A stretch of DNA of 64,000 nt, taken from contig CAWKBS010000009.1 of the NCBI GenBank assembly GCA_963847985.1, forward strand, positions 59,470 through 123,469. The letters run 5' to 3'. Below the pieces are notes generated by a model, which saw only the letters and a list, made by a program, of their open reading frames with translations, had not been told where the DNA came from and made no database searches. Below are positions 17,530 through 26,928 of this stretch, one piece after another; position 1 is the first letter of the stretch, and every line of letters begins with the position of its first letter. A program made the translations under genes and the position numbers. Source of the DNA: an uncultured Actinomycetes bacterium. Lineage in GTDB: Bacteria; Actinomycetota; Thermoleophilia; Gaiellales; Gaiellaceae.

Positions 17530-17889
17530 ATGCGCCCAGAAAGCGGCGATTTCCAGGAATATTCCGGGACCGTCTTTGCCAACGAGGCCGAGGTTGAATG
17601 CGCTCGTCTCCTCGACTACTACGGCATCGCCTGGGAGTACGAGCCGACCTCGTTTCCGCTCGAAACCGACGATGAGGGGCGGGTCGTCGAGGCCTTCACG
17701 CCCGACTTCTTCCTGCCCGAGCAGGAGCTCTATCTCGAGGTCACCGTGATGAAGCAGTCGCTCGTGACGAGGAAGAACCGCAAGATCCGGAAGTTTCGCG
17801 AGCGGTATCCCGACATCAAGGTCAAGCTGTTCACGCGGCGCGACTTCGAGCGGCTGGGTCAGAAATACGGCCTGAACCTCGTTACGTAG
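17530..17889 (+). CDS. hypothetical protein, possible PD-(D/E)xK nuclease fold
   Basis: FTPDFFLPEQELYLEVTVMKQ resembles a D...E-x-K core. 119 aa with good coding bias. Confidence 0.45.
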   Translation: MRPESGDFQEYSGTVFANEAEVECARLLDYYGIAWEYEPTSFPLETDDEGRVVEAFTPDFFLPEQELYLEVTVMKQSLVTRKNRKIRKFRERYPDIKVKLFTRRDFERLGQKYGLNLVT

Positions 17890-17939
17890 AGCCTCGCCCC
17901 GGCGAGGTCTACCTCTCCCGCGAGGAGATCGCGACGCGC

Positions 17940-18413
17940 GTGGGCGAGCTCGGCGCCGGCATCGCGCAGGACTACGCCGCGCGCGACCTCGTCCTCGTCA
18001 CGGTGCTCAAGGGCGCGTTCGTGTTCGCGTCAGACCTCGCGCGGGCCGTGAACATCCCGCATGCCATGGACTTCCTCGTCCTCGCCGGCTACGGCGGCGA
18101 CCTGGGCGGCCGCACCCGCATCCGCCTGCTCAAGGACCTGGACCTGCCGATCGCGGGGCGTGACGTCCTCCTCGTCGAGAACGTCGTCGACACGGGGCTG
18201 ACGCTGAACTACGTCGTCAAGACGCTCGGCCTCCGCAATCCCGGGAGCATTGCGATCTGCACGCTCTTCGACCGCCCCTATCGCCGCCTCGTCGACGACC
18301 TGCCGATGCGCTACGTCGGCTTCACGATTCCCGACGAGTTCTTCCTCGGCTACGGGTTCGACCTGCACGAGCGCTACCGCGGCCTCCCGGACCTGCACGT
18401 GGCCGAGCAGTAG
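17940..18413 (+). CDS. hpt: hypoxanthine phosphoribosyltransferase (true start probably ~17889-17905)
   Basis: LVTVLKGAFVFASDLARAV, the PRPP loop VLLVENVVDTGLTL, and FLGYGFDLHERYRGLP. The homologous N-terminal strand (GEVYLSREEIATRV) is in frame upstream of the first canonical start. Confidence 0.85.
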   Translation: MGELGAGIAQDYAARDLVLVTVLKGAFVFASDLARAVNIPHAMDFLVLAGYGGDLGGRTRIRLLKDLDLPIAGRDVLLVENVVDTGLTLNYVVKTLGLRNPGSIAICTLFDRPYRRLVDDLPMRYVGFTIPDEFFLGYGFDLHERYRGLPDLHVAEQ

Positions 18414-18424
18414 TCGCCGGCCGG

Positions 18425-19672
18425 TTAGAGATAGCCCAGCGGGTCGACCGGCGAGCCGTTGACCCGGACCTCGAAGTGCAGGTGCGGGCCGGTCGAGTTC
18501 CCGGTCGAGCCGACGGCGCCGATCACGGTGCCCTGCGAGACCGAGCCGCCGCCGACGTAGAGCGCCGACTGGTGGCCGTAGGCGGTGGCCAGGCCGTTGC
18601 CGTGGTCGATGATCGTCAGGTTCCCGTAGCCGCCCATCCAGCCGGCGTAGATGACGGTGCCCGCCGCGGCCGCCCGGATGGGCGCCCCCGAGCCGGCGCC
18701 GATGTCGATGCCCTCGTGCATCCGGCCCCAGCGCCAGCCGAAGCCGCTCGTCACCACGCCGCTCACCGGCCAGATGAGACCGCTGGAGGAGCTGCCGTCG
18801 CCGCTCGAGCCGCCGCCCGAGCCGCTGCTTGCGGAGCGGATCTGCGCGGCCAGCTCGGCGCTCTCCGCCGCCATCGCCTCGACGTCCTCCTCCGCCGAGT
18901 GCCGGTTCGACTGCACGCTCGCGAGGACGCTCTCGCGGCTGGCCCGCGCCGCGGCGAGCGCGTTCTGCTGCGCCACGAGCTGGTCCCGCGCCGCGATCTG
19001 CTCGGCCGTCTTGCGCGCGAGCACCCGGGTCTCGCCGGCGACCTCGGCCCTCGTCAGCTTTGTCGTCTCCCGCGCGACCTTGAGCTCGCTCCGGAGCCCG
19101 CGGATCTGAACCGTGATGGCGTGGTCCTGGCGTCCGATCGACTCGAAGTACTCGAACTGGTCGACGAGGTCGCCCAGGCTCTGCACCTGGAGGAGGATCC
19201 CGAACGCGTCCGTTTCCTCGTTTTGGTACAGCTCGACCAGTCGTTGCTCGAGCCGGCCCTGCGCGATCGTGAACTCGTCCTGTAGCCGCTCGATCTCCTG
19301 CGACTGGTCGCGGATGCGCTCTCGCAGGCGCTCGAGCCGGTTGCGATGACGGGTGAGGTCGGCTTCCAGCACCGCGATCGCTGCCGTGAGGGAGCCGATG
19401 TCGCCGCCGAGCGCGTCGATACGCTCGCCGGCGGCCTGGATCTCCGTGGTGAGGACGCCCTCCTTCCTCTTGGCCGCCTGGATCTCCTCGCGCAGGCCCG
19501 AGATCTTCCGGTCGAGCTCTGCCTTCCGGTCCCAGGAGGACTGGCCCTGGGCAGCCGGCACGGCCAGCGCAACGAAGGCCCCGAGGAGGAGGCAGGCAAC
19601 TAGACAGATGCGGCGAGCGTCAACCACCGGGACGATTTCGGCGGGAACGCAGGCGTACCTGCGCGTCCTCAC
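18425..19672 (-). CDS. M23 family peptidoglycan metalloendopeptidase with coiled-coil N-terminal region
   Basis: Signal/TM segment, long coiled coil, then HEGIDIGA...GNLTIIDHG...GSTGNSTGPHLHFEV (HxxxD / HxH). Confidence 0.85.
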   Translation of the reverse strand: MRTRRYACVPAEIVPVVDARRICLVACLLLGAFVALAVPAAQGQSSWDRKAELDRKISGLREEIQAAKRKEGVLTTEIQAAGERIDALGGDIGSLTAAIAVLEADLTRHRNRLERLRERIRDQSQEIERLQDEFTIAQGRLEQRLVELYQNEETDAFGILLQVQSLGDLVDQFEYFESIGRQDHAITVQIRGLRSELKVARETTKLTRAEVAGETRVLARKTAEQIAARDQLVAQQNALAAARASRESVLASVQSNRHSAEEDVEAMAAESAELAAQIRSASSGSGGGSSGDGSSSSGLIWPVSGVVTSGFGWRWGRMHEGIDIGAGSGAPIRAAAAGTVIYAGWMGGYGNLTIIDHGNGLATAYGHQSALYVGGGSVSQGTVIGAVGSTGNSTGPHLHFEVRVNGSPVDPLGYL

Positions 19673-19741
19673 CGGGGGTCTTCGGACTCGAACGGCATAG
19701 GTTGTAGCACGAGGACCGGCGGTCGTGTGCCGGTGAACCGA

Positions 19742-20500
19742 TCAGGTGTTCGTGGCTCCGGAGGCGCGGGAACGCCCTGTTTCAGGGGCAGGCGGCTGTT
19801 CCGGCACGGGCGGAGGGTCGTCGGGCGACGGCTCCGGGACGTGCGCGGGCTCCGGCGGGTTCCCCTCGTCCGGAGGCGGAAACGGCTCCGGGATCCGGGC
19901 CGGCTCGGGCGGCGCCTCGAGGCGCTGGGTCGGGGTGGTCTCGGCCTGTGCCTGCCGGACGCGCCGCTCCATCTCGCCCAGAAGGACGCCGATCTCCGCC
20001 TCCTTGGCCGCGATGCGGGCAGCGACCTCGTCGACCTGACCGGTCGCCCGCTCGGCCCGCAGGGCGTCGCCCTCGTGGGTGGCCCGCCCGAGCACCTGGT
20101 AGGCGCGGGCGCGCTCGGCCTGGAGCTCCGCCAGCTCGCGCCGGAGGCGGAAGAGCTCGAGCTGGCCGCGCGAGCGAGCGCCGACGACGCGGCGCTGCGT
20201 GGAGACCGAGGCCAGTGCCGAGGCGGTCGCTCGCCGGCCTGCCTCCACGCGAAGGACGACGACCAGCGCGGCGAGCCCGAGCGCAAGCAGCGCCCAGAGC
20301 CACATCTGCGCTCCCAGCAGCACGATCCCGACCACGGCGAGGACGCCGCCCGCGAAGAGCCCCAGGTCCGGCGCCGACCAGTACTTCCGCAGACGCGTCT
20401 CGACGCCCTCGGGCCCGGGCATCGGGCTGCCGCACTCGCTGCACGAGCCGGTGCCGGGGGCGACGGTCGCACCGCAGGTCGGGCACTCAGCGGCTGACAT
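19742..20500 (-). CDS. zinc-ribbon / TM / coiled-coil / Pro-rich membrane protein
   Basis: MSAAECPTCGATVAPGTGSCSECG, two TM helices, and a Pro-rich tail. ATG 20500 is preferred over 20536. Confidence 0.55.
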   Translation of the reverse strand: MSAAECPTCGATVAPGTGSCSECGSPMPGPEGVETRLRKYWSAPDLGLFAGGVLAVVGIVLLGAQMWLWALLALGLAALVVVLRVEAGRRATASALASVSTQRRVVGARSRGQLELFRLRRELAELQAERARAYQVLGRATHEGDALRAERATGQVDEVAARIAAKEAEIGVLLGEMERRVRQAQAETTPTQRLEAPPEPARIPEPFPPPDEGNPPEPAHVPEPSPDDPPPVPEQPPAPETGRSRASGATNT

Positions 20501-20822
20501 CGGCCTTTTCTCGTTCCCGTTCGGGGCTGTCCTCATGCTCGAGAGCCTTCAGCGCCTCGGCGGCCTCGCGGCGGAGCGGGCCCACGAGCGCGCGGTAGTC
20601 CTCATCCGAGATCTTGCCTGTCCGGTGGTCGAGCTCGAGCTCCTTGAGGGCGGCCAGGGAGCGATCTCGCTCCTCGAACAGGCGGAGGCGTGCTTCCTCC
20701 GCCGCCGTCGGCGCGCCCAGCTCGTCATCGCGCCCCCGCGCCGGCCGCAGGAGCGGGCGCGCGACGAAGACGACGCACGCGACCGCGAGCGCCGCGCCGA
20801 GAGCCAGGGCGACGACCTCCAT
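20487..20822 (-). CDS. small TM protein resembling the CcmI N-terminal module
   Basis: MEVVALALGAALAVACVVFV TM helix, then LKELELDHRTGKISDEDY (compare CcmI L-x-E-x-D-x3-G-x-I/LS motif). Starts 5 nt after the ccmF stop. Confidence 0.5.
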   Translation of the reverse strand: MEVVALALGAALAVACVVFVARPLLRPARGRDDELGAPTAAEEARLRLFEERDRSLAALKELELDHRTGKISDEDYRALVGPLRREAAEALKALEHEDSPEREREKADVSR

Positions 20823-20826
20823 GCTC

Positions 20827-22827
20827 CTAGGCGCGCGCCGGTGCACCCGCGGCGGCGAAGCGCGCCGCGAGCCGCCGCTGCTCCCGCGCGTCCGGCCACA
20901 TGGTTACCACGGACCCGAGCACGAAGATCAAGGCCGAGAGCCAGATGAAGTTCACGAGCGGGTTGACGATCGGCTTGATGACGACCGACCCGTCGGGGTA
21001 GAAGCGGTCGGCGATGACGAAGAGGTCCTCACCGCGCAGCCAGTCCGTCCGGATGCCGACCTCGTTCGAGGTCTGCTCCTCGGCGAAGTAGCGGTTCTTG
21101 CCGGCCTGCATCGTCCCGACGCGATCGTCCCCGCGGAACACGTCGAAGCCCGCCCGCACCTCCTGGGCGTTGGCGCCGCGGCTCTCGCTGGTCCCCGTGT
21201 AGACGAGCCGGTAGTCGCCAACGTCCACCGATTCGCCCGGTGCGAGCCGCGGGGCCGGGCTGACGGTCGTCGAGAACCCGCCGATCCCAACCGCGCCGAT
21301 CAGGAGGACGATGATCGCGGCATGGACGATGTACCCGCCGTAACGGCGGCGGTTCCTGGCCACGAGCCCGGTGAACGCGACCCACCATCCCCCGGTCCCG
21401 AGCGATTTCCGCGCGCGCGTGCCGCGCACGAACTCGAGCACGATCGTCGTCAGGACGAAGGCGGCGAGCGTGTAGCCGATCAGTCCGGCCGGGCTCGAGC
21501 CGGCTCCTCCGAGCAGAAGCAGCGCGCCGGTCGCGAGCGCCACGCCGGCCGGCCAGACGAGCTGCGAGCCGAGCGAGCTGAGCGAGGCGCGCCGCCAGGC
21601 GACCACCGGGCCGATCCCCATCAGGAGCACGAGCGGGAGCCCGAAGACCACGGCGAAGAAGTCGTAGTACGGGGCCCCGACCGACACCGCCACGCCGCGC
21701 ACCGCCTCGGAGACCAGCGGGTAGATGACGCCCCAGAGGATCGTGAGCGCGAGCGCGACCAGGAAGAGGTTGTTGTAGACGAACGCCGCCTCGCGGGAGA
21801 CGAGCGACTCGAGGCGCGTCGGCGAGCGCAGGACGGACAGCCGCGTCAGGATGAGGACGATCGAGAACGCGGCCACGACCGCGATGAATCCGAGGAAGAA
21901 CGGCCCGATGGACGACTGCGTGAAGCTGTGGATCGAGCTGATGACGCCGCTTCGGGTCAGGAACGTCCCGAAGAGGGAGAGCAGGAACGCGCCGGCCACG
22001 AGCACGACGTTCCAGACGCGCAGCATGTTCTTCTTCTCCTGCACCATCACCGAGTGGAGGAACGCCGTGGCCACGAGCCAGGGCATGAGCGCGGCGTTCT
22101 CGACCGGGTCCCACGCGTACCAGCCGCCCCAGCCGACCTCCTCGTAAGCCCACTTCGCGCCCAGGAGGATCCCGAAGCCGAGGAACGTCCACGCCGCGAG
22201 CGTCCAGCGGCGGGTGACCACGATCCAGCGCTCGTCCACCTGTCGGGACGCCAGCGCGGCCATGGCGAAGGCGAAGGGGATGGTCAGCCCGACGTAGCCG
22301 AGGTACAGCATCGGCGGGTGGGCGATCATGTACGGGTTCTGGAGGCTCGGGTTCATCCCGGCGCCGTCGGCCGGCGCCGCCTGGGTGGCGAACGGGCTCG
22401 CCACGAACACGAGCAGGAAGGCGAAGAAGAGCGCGACGGCGGCGACGATCGAGATCGTCCACGGCAGCACCTCGCGCACGAGCCGCCGGTTGAGCGCGAC
22501 CGCCGCGGAGGCCGTCCCCGTCAGGACGAGCAGCCAGAGGAGGAGCGATCCCTCCTGGCCGCTCCAGAACGCGGCGAGCGTGTAGCCGAGCGGCAGCTCG
22601 CGACTCGTCGAGCGGGCGACGTAGTCGAAGGAGAAGTCGTTCGCGACCAGGGCGCCGAGCAGGACGAGCGAGGCGACGGCGACCGCGGCGAAGGCGGCAT
22701 AGAGGGCGTTGGTCGCCGAGTCGAGCAGCCGCCGGCGACCGCGCCACGCCGCGTAGCCGCCGACGACCACCGCGTACAGGATCAGGCCGAAGGCGGCAAC
22801 GAGCGCGGCACGGCCCAGCTCGGGCAT
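20827..22827 (-). CDS. ccmF: cytochrome c-type biogenesis heme lyase CcmF
   Basis: 666 aa and polytopic. WWD domain WGGWYAWDPVENAALMPWL, with conserved His-containing loops. Confidence 0.9.
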   Translation of the reverse strand: MPELGRAALVAAFGLILYAVVVGGYAAWRGRRRLLDSATNALYAAFAAVAVASLVLLGALVANDFSFDYVARSTSRELPLGYTLAAFWSGQEGSLLLWLLVLTGTASAAVALNRRLVREVLPWTISIVAAVALFFAFLLVFVASPFATQAAPADGAGMNPSLQNPYMIAHPPMLYLGYVGLTIPFAFAMAALASRQVDERWIVVTRRWTLAAWTFLGFGILLGAKWAYEEVGWGGWYAWDPVENAALMPWLVATAFLHSVMVQEKKNMLRVWNVVLVAGAFLLSLFGTFLTRSGVISSIHSFTQSSIGPFFLGFIAVVAAFSIVLILTRLSVLRSPTRLESLVSREAAFVYNNLFLVALALTILWGVIYPLVSEAVRGVAVSVGAPYYDFFAVVFGLPLVLLMGIGPVVAWRRASLSSLGSQLVWPAGVALATGALLLLGGAGSSPAGLIGYTLAAFVLTTIVLEFVRGTRARKSLGTGGWWVAFTGLVARNRRRYGGYIVHAAIIVLLIGAVGIGGFSTTVSPAPRLAPGESVDVGDYRLVYTGTSESRGANAQEVRAGFDVFRGDDRVGTMQAGKNRYFAEEQTSNEVGIRTDWLRGEDLFVIADRFYPDGSVVIKPIVNPLVNFIWLSALIFVLGSVVTMWPDAREQRRLAARFAAAGAPARA

Positions 22828-22996
22828 CAGATGCCTGGCCGGTGATTCGCGGGCCCGGCGGGGGCGGCTGAGACCAAGCCGGGCGTCGCGATCGTCCGCA
22901 GTCGCGTACCGGCAGTACGTGCAAGGGCGATCGCGGCGAACCGGCGCCGTGTCGCAGATGCCATCCGCGGGCGCGGGAATCGCCGGTCAGGCATCC

Positions 22997-23386
22997 CTAC
23001 TCGCTCTCAGGCGCGTACTTCGACGGGCACTTCGTGACGAGGGAGTCCTCGGTCGCGACGAAGGTGCCGTCGGTGAGCCGGCCCTTCACGTAGATCTCGC
23101 GGCCCACCTTGAACAGGTCGGGCACCGAGCCCGTGTAGACGACCGGGACGGTGGACTCGCCCTCGATGTCGCGCAGCGTGAACTCGAGCCCGGAGCCGCG
23201 GGCGTCTCCCTCGACCGGGCCGACCACGATCCCGGCGAGCCCGACCTCACCCGACGCCTCGTGGAGCTGGCTCGGCTGCAAGGACGGCGTTCCGCCGGCC
23301 AGGCTCGTCCAGATGAGGAAGATGGCCAGCACCGCCGCGACCGAGAGCGCGACGACGAGGCGCACCGGATTGCGCCGCTTAGCCAC
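22997..23386 (-). CDS. ccmE: cytochrome c maturation heme chaperone CcmE, CxxxY variant
   Basis: GTG 23386. N-terminal TM anchor, OB-fold core (FTLRD...VPVVYTGSVPDLFKVGREIYVKGRL). The C-terminal TKCPSKY sits where canonical CcmE has HxxxY. Confidence 0.8.
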   Translation of the reverse strand: MAKRRNPVRLVVALSVAAVLAIFLIWTSLAGGTPSLQPSQLHEASGEVGLAGIVVGPVEGDARGSGLEFTLRDIEGESTVPVVYTGSVPDLFKVGREIYVKGRLTDGTFVATEDSLVTKCPSKYAPESE

Positions 23387-23415
23387 GACTTCGAGTTTAC
23401 CGGGCGATCCGCCGG

Positions 23416-23655
23416 CTAATCGGGGGTAGGCGTCGGGCGGCGGTCCGGGATGCGGTAGCCGTGATCGCGGCAGAGGCTCCCGGGCGCATCCTCGGTGAGC
23501 GCGTCGCAGTAGCCCTTCCCGTAGGCCGCCCGCAGGAAGGCGGCGACGACCTCGAGGTTCCACTCGGAGATACCGCAGGCCTCGCCCCAGAGGTCGGCAA
23601 GACGCAGGTCGATGTCCAGCTCGAGCAGCTCGATGCGGGAAGGTCGCTTTGCCAT
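23416..23655 (-). CDS. small hypothetical protein (79 aa)
   Basis: Track ORF with good GC3. No recognised motif. Confidence 0.4.
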   Translation of the reverse strand: MAKRPSRIELLELDIDLRLADLWGEACGISEWNLEVVAAFLRAAYGKGYCDALTEDAPGSLCRDHGYRIPDRRPTPTPD

Positions 23656-23764
23656 GGGCTGAAAGTACTCAGCCGATCGGACGGACGAGTAGGCTGGCCC
23701 GCGTGGGGTTAAGAGCTCCCAACAGAACGAGGAGCGATGCCGTCATCATCCTGTTAGGAGCTCT

Positions 23765-24574
23765 CTGACCCGCATCGGCCCTGCGCGCGTGCCCTCCCGC
23801 GAGAGCCCCGAAGCCGCCGTCGAGCTGCTCCTTCAGCGCGGCTACACGGCCTGCGAGATCGACTTCGAGGGGAGGTTCTGGATGGACTACCCCTGGGCGG
23901 AGCGCTTCGGCGAGGCGGCGCGGGAGGCGGACGTCGCGCTCTCGGTCCACGCCCCCATCGCCGGCTTCATGGGCCACCTCGAGCGCGACAAGAAGTACAA
24001 CATGGCGACCGGGATGCTCGACCACTCTGCGGGCGTGGCGGTCGCCTGCGACGCCGAGCTCGTCGTCTTCCACCCGGGCTTCCTGCTCGGCCGCGAGCGC
24101 GAGGCGGCGCTCGCGGCGGTCGCCGACCAGCTCGGCTCCCTGCGGGAGCGGCTCGAGGGCAAGGCCCGCGCGGTGCCGTTCGGCGTCGAGGTGATGGGCC
24201 GGGTCAGGGACCTCGGCACCCTCGACGACGTGATCTGGCTCGCCGAGCACGTCGACTGGGTCCGGCCGGTCCTCGACTTCGCGCACATGCACGCGACCTC
24301 CGACGGCGCCTACCTGGAGGCCGAGCTCTTCGCGGAGGCGCTCGCAAAGGCCGACGCCGTGCTCGAGCCGGGCGCTCCGTTCCACATCCACTTCAGCGAC
24401 ATCGCTTACGCCAACCGGAACGAGACGAAGCACCTGCCCTACGGGGAGGGCACCCTGCGCGCCGAGCCGCTCGCCAAGGCGCTGACCCGCTTCGATCGCC
24501 CGGCGACGGTCATCTCCGAGTCGCCGGACGAGGAGTCGAGTCAGGCGATCAAGGCGATCTTGCTGGAGGCCTAG
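23765..24574 (+). CDS. xylose isomerase-like TIM-barrel / AP endonuclease 2 family protein
   Basis: EIDFE, SVHAP, VVFHPG, VEVMG and HIHFSDI strand-end motifs. The in-frame LTRIGPAR upstream of GTG 23789 follows AGGAG, suggesting CTG 23765 as the start. Confidence 0.65.
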   Translation: MTRIGPARVPSRESPEAAVELLLQRGYTACEIDFEGRFWMDYPWAERFGEAAREADVALSVHAPIAGFMGHLERDKKYNMATGMLDHSAGVAVACDAELVVFHPGFLLGREREAALAAVADQLGSLRERLEGKARAVPFGVEVMGRVRDLGTLDDVIWLAEHVDWVRPVLDFAHMHATSDGAYLEAELFAEALAKADAVLEPGAPFHIHFSDIAYANRNETKHLPYGEGTLRAEPLAKALTRFDRPATVISESPDEESSQAIKAILLEA

Positions 24575-24688
24575 GCGCAGCCGCCGACGGTGCCCGGGCC
24601 CACGAGCGACGGCGCTTTCAGCCGTGTCGGGGCTTGTGCTCGTGGAGCACAAGGCGGCGCCGGCACGGGGACGCGCTAGCCTCCTGCT

Positions 24689-25168
24689 GTGAGGATCCGA
24701 CCCGTCGAGGCGGGCGACACCGAGGCCGTGGGGGACGTGTTCCTCGCCGCGCTCGCCGGGATGACCTACCTGCCCGAGCTGTACACCGACGAGGAGACGC
24801 GCACGTTCATCCGGGACGTGCTCCTGCCGCACAACGAGGTGTGGATCGCCGAGGAGGAGGGTCAGGTGATCGGGTTCACCGGGCTCGGCGACGACTCCGT
24901 CCGGCATCTCTGGGTGCTGCCCGAGGAGCAGAACCGAGGCGTGGGGACGGCGCTGCTCGAGCTGGCGAAGGAGCGCCGGGCCGAGGGGCTACAGCTCTGG
25001 GTGTTCCAGCGAAACGTCGGCGCGCGTCGCTTCTACGAGCGGCACGGATTCACGCTGACCGAGCTAACGGACGGCAGCCGGAACGAGGAGCGCGAGCCGG
25101 ACGCGCTCTACGTGTGGAAGCCGGGAGCTAGCCGCCTGGGACGACCCGGAGGCCCGGCCCCTCGGTGA
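24689..25168 (+). CDS. GNAT family N-acetyltransferase
   Basis: LWVLPEEQNRGVGTALLELA (Q/RxxGxG) and ARRFYERHGF. Confidence 0.8.
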   Translation: MRIRPVEAGDTEAVGDVFLAALAGMTYLPELYTDEETRTFIRDVLLPHNEVWIAEEEGQVIGFTGLGDDSVRHLWVLPEEQNRGVGTALLELAKERRAEGLQLWVFQRNVGARRFYERHGFTLTELTDGSRNEEREPDALYVWKPGASRLGRPGGPAPR

Positions 25169-25523
25169 CGGAGACCGTCCGCTCGTTGCCGGGACGGCGC
25201 CAGACATCGCCGAGCTTCTCCTCCAGCGTCGCCTCGAGCTGACCGGTCACCGCCAGCTCTTCGACGATGTCGGCGCCGCCGACGAGCTCGCCCGCGACGA
25301 AGACCTGGGGGATCGTGGGCCAGTCGGAGAGCGCTGAGAGCTCCTCTCGGATGCGCGGGTCCGGGAGAACGTCCACTGTCGCAAAGCCGGCGCCCACGCC
25401 TCGGAGCGCCTGCAATGCGCGGTCGGAGTTGCCGCAGAATGCCTGCTCGTGCGTTCCCTTGATGAACGCGACGACCGGCTCCTGCTCGATCGTGCCCTTG
25501 ATGCGGTCGCGGAGCTCGTTCAT
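25128..25523 (-). CDS. monothiol glutaredoxin (Grx4-type; CGNS instead of CGFS)
   Basis: ATG 25523. VVAFIKGTHEQAFCGNS and WPTIPQVFVAGELVGGADI. ATGA overlap with the BolA stop. Confidence 0.8.
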   Translation of the reverse strand: MNELRDRIKGTIEQEPVVAFIKGTHEQAFCGNSDRALQALRGVGAGFATVDVLPDPRIREELSALSDWPTIPQVFVAGELVGGADIVEELAVTGQLEATLEEKLGDVWRRPGNERTVSVTEGPGLRVVPGG

Positions 25524-25750
25524 CTCTCTCCCCTCGTGGTGATTCGCAGCTCGTGGATCGTGCCGTCGCGCAGCGGCTCGGTGAGCGCGTCGTAGACGAG
25601 CCGGTGCGCGTCGACGAGCGAGAGCCCGGCGAACGAGCCGTCGACGACGGTGACGTGGAAGTGGTCGCCGCCGCCGGTCCGGTCGACCACCTCGACCTCG
25701 TCGGCCTCCGGGAAAGCCGTCCGGAGAAGCCCTGCGAGCCGTTCGCTCAT
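25520..25750 (-). CDS. BolA family protein
   Basis: GGGDHFHVTVVDGSFAGLSLVDAHRLVYDAL...IHEL fits the BolA signature. Paired with a monothiol Grx, as is typical. Confidence 0.8.
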   Translation of the reverse strand: MSERLAGLLRTAFPEADEVEVVDRTGGGDHFHVTVVDGSFAGLSLVDAHRLVYDALTEPLRDGTIHELRITTRGER

Positions 25751-25795
25751 CCTTGGCGACGATACCACCAGGCATCGCGGCTACGATGAGACCGG

Positions 25796-26623
25796 ATGCG
25801 CCGTCTGTCGCTCTTAGGGGTCATCGTCGCCTGCGCCGTTTCCGCCCTCGCCGGGGCGGTCCCGGCTGCCGCGGTCAACGGTGTCCAGGCGAAGATGTGG
25901 GCGGGGAGAATCGCCGCGGTCGGGCCGCGGCCCGCCGGCGGCGCCCACGAGCGCCAGGCAGGCGCGATCGTCCGGAACCGACTCAACGACCTCGGCTACG
26001 ACGTGACCGTGCAACAGGTCCCGCTCCCCGAGGGCAGGAACTCGCTGAACGTCGTCGGCAGGACGCCGGGGCCGCCCCGGGTCATCCTCGTCGCCCACAT
26101 GGACGGCGTGCCGGGGACGCGCGCCGCCAACGACAACGGCTCGGGCGTCGGCCTCATGCTCATGCTGGCGCAGTACCTCGCCGCGGAGCAGGGAGTGCTG
26201 GTGGCCGCCGTCGGAGCGGAGGAGCGCCGGTACACGGGGGCCGGCTACCACCTCGGCTCGCGCCGGCTCGCCCGCTCGCTCACGCCGACGCAGCGGCAGG
26301 GCGTGCAGCTCGCGCTCTCGCTCGACATGGTCGGCGTCGGCACGACGCTGAACATCCGCGGCCTCGAGCGCGCGCCCAACCGCTCGGCGCGCATGTTCCT
26401 CGCGGCCGCCCGCCGGCTGGGGATCAGGGCCAGCTATCTGCGGGACACGGGACAGTCCGACCACGACGAGTTCGTGAAGGTCGGCATCCCGGCAGCCTGG
26501 GTGGAGTGGCGCTGGGACCAGTGCTGGCACGAGCGGTGCGACCGGATCGAGCGCCTGAAGCCCTACCGGCTCCGCGCCGCAGGCCGCGTCGTGCGCAACG
26601 CCGCATTGAACGTCCTCCGCTGA
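25796..26623 (+). CDS. M28 family aminopeptidase (secreted)
   Basis: Signal peptide, VILVAHMDGVPGTRAANDNGSGVGLML, and SDHDEF. Confidence 0.8.
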   Translation: MRRLSLLGVIVACAVSALAGAVPAAAVNGVQAKMWAGRIAAVGPRPAGGAHERQAGAIVRNRLNDLGYDVTVQQVPLPEGRNSLNVVGRTPGPPRVILVAHMDGVPGTRAANDNGSGVGLMLMLAQYLAAEQGVLVAAVGAEERRYTGAGYHLGSRRLARSLTPTQRQGVQLALSLDMVGVGTTLNIRGLERAPNRSARMFLAAARRLGIRASYLRDTGQSDHDEFVKVGIPAAWVEWRWDQCWHERCDRIERLKPYRLRAAGRVVRNAALNVLR

Positions 26624-26928
26624 CCGCCGACTGAACCCCTCGCAGGCGGTACCCCGTATGGGGGACGACGTGCCCCTCGAGGTGTCGATGATTCGACTTG
26701 CCGCATGAACGACCTCGCCGCGTGTCCCCCTGAGTTCGGAACCGGCCTGCGAGACAGGCTCCAACGGGCAGACCGTGTCCGTGAGCGCCCCTCGCTCCCG
26801 TCGAGCCGTGACCTCGTCGACCTCCTCGAAGAGGACCCGGCGGAACGGTCGACGCCCGAGCTTGTCCTTGTCAGCGGCGATGTGGCACGGCGGCGGGCCG
26901 TAGGCCCGGTCGCAGTCTGAGTCGCGCG

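Noticed and set aside
20614-22845. 743-aa plus-strand track ORF
   Set aside because: It is antisense to ccmF and shows a shadow-frame composition.
26705-26920. 71-aa plus-strand ORF between the M28 peptidase and the coiled-coil gene
   Set aside because: It has no motif, modest coding bias and no ribosome-binding site. It is probably intergenic.
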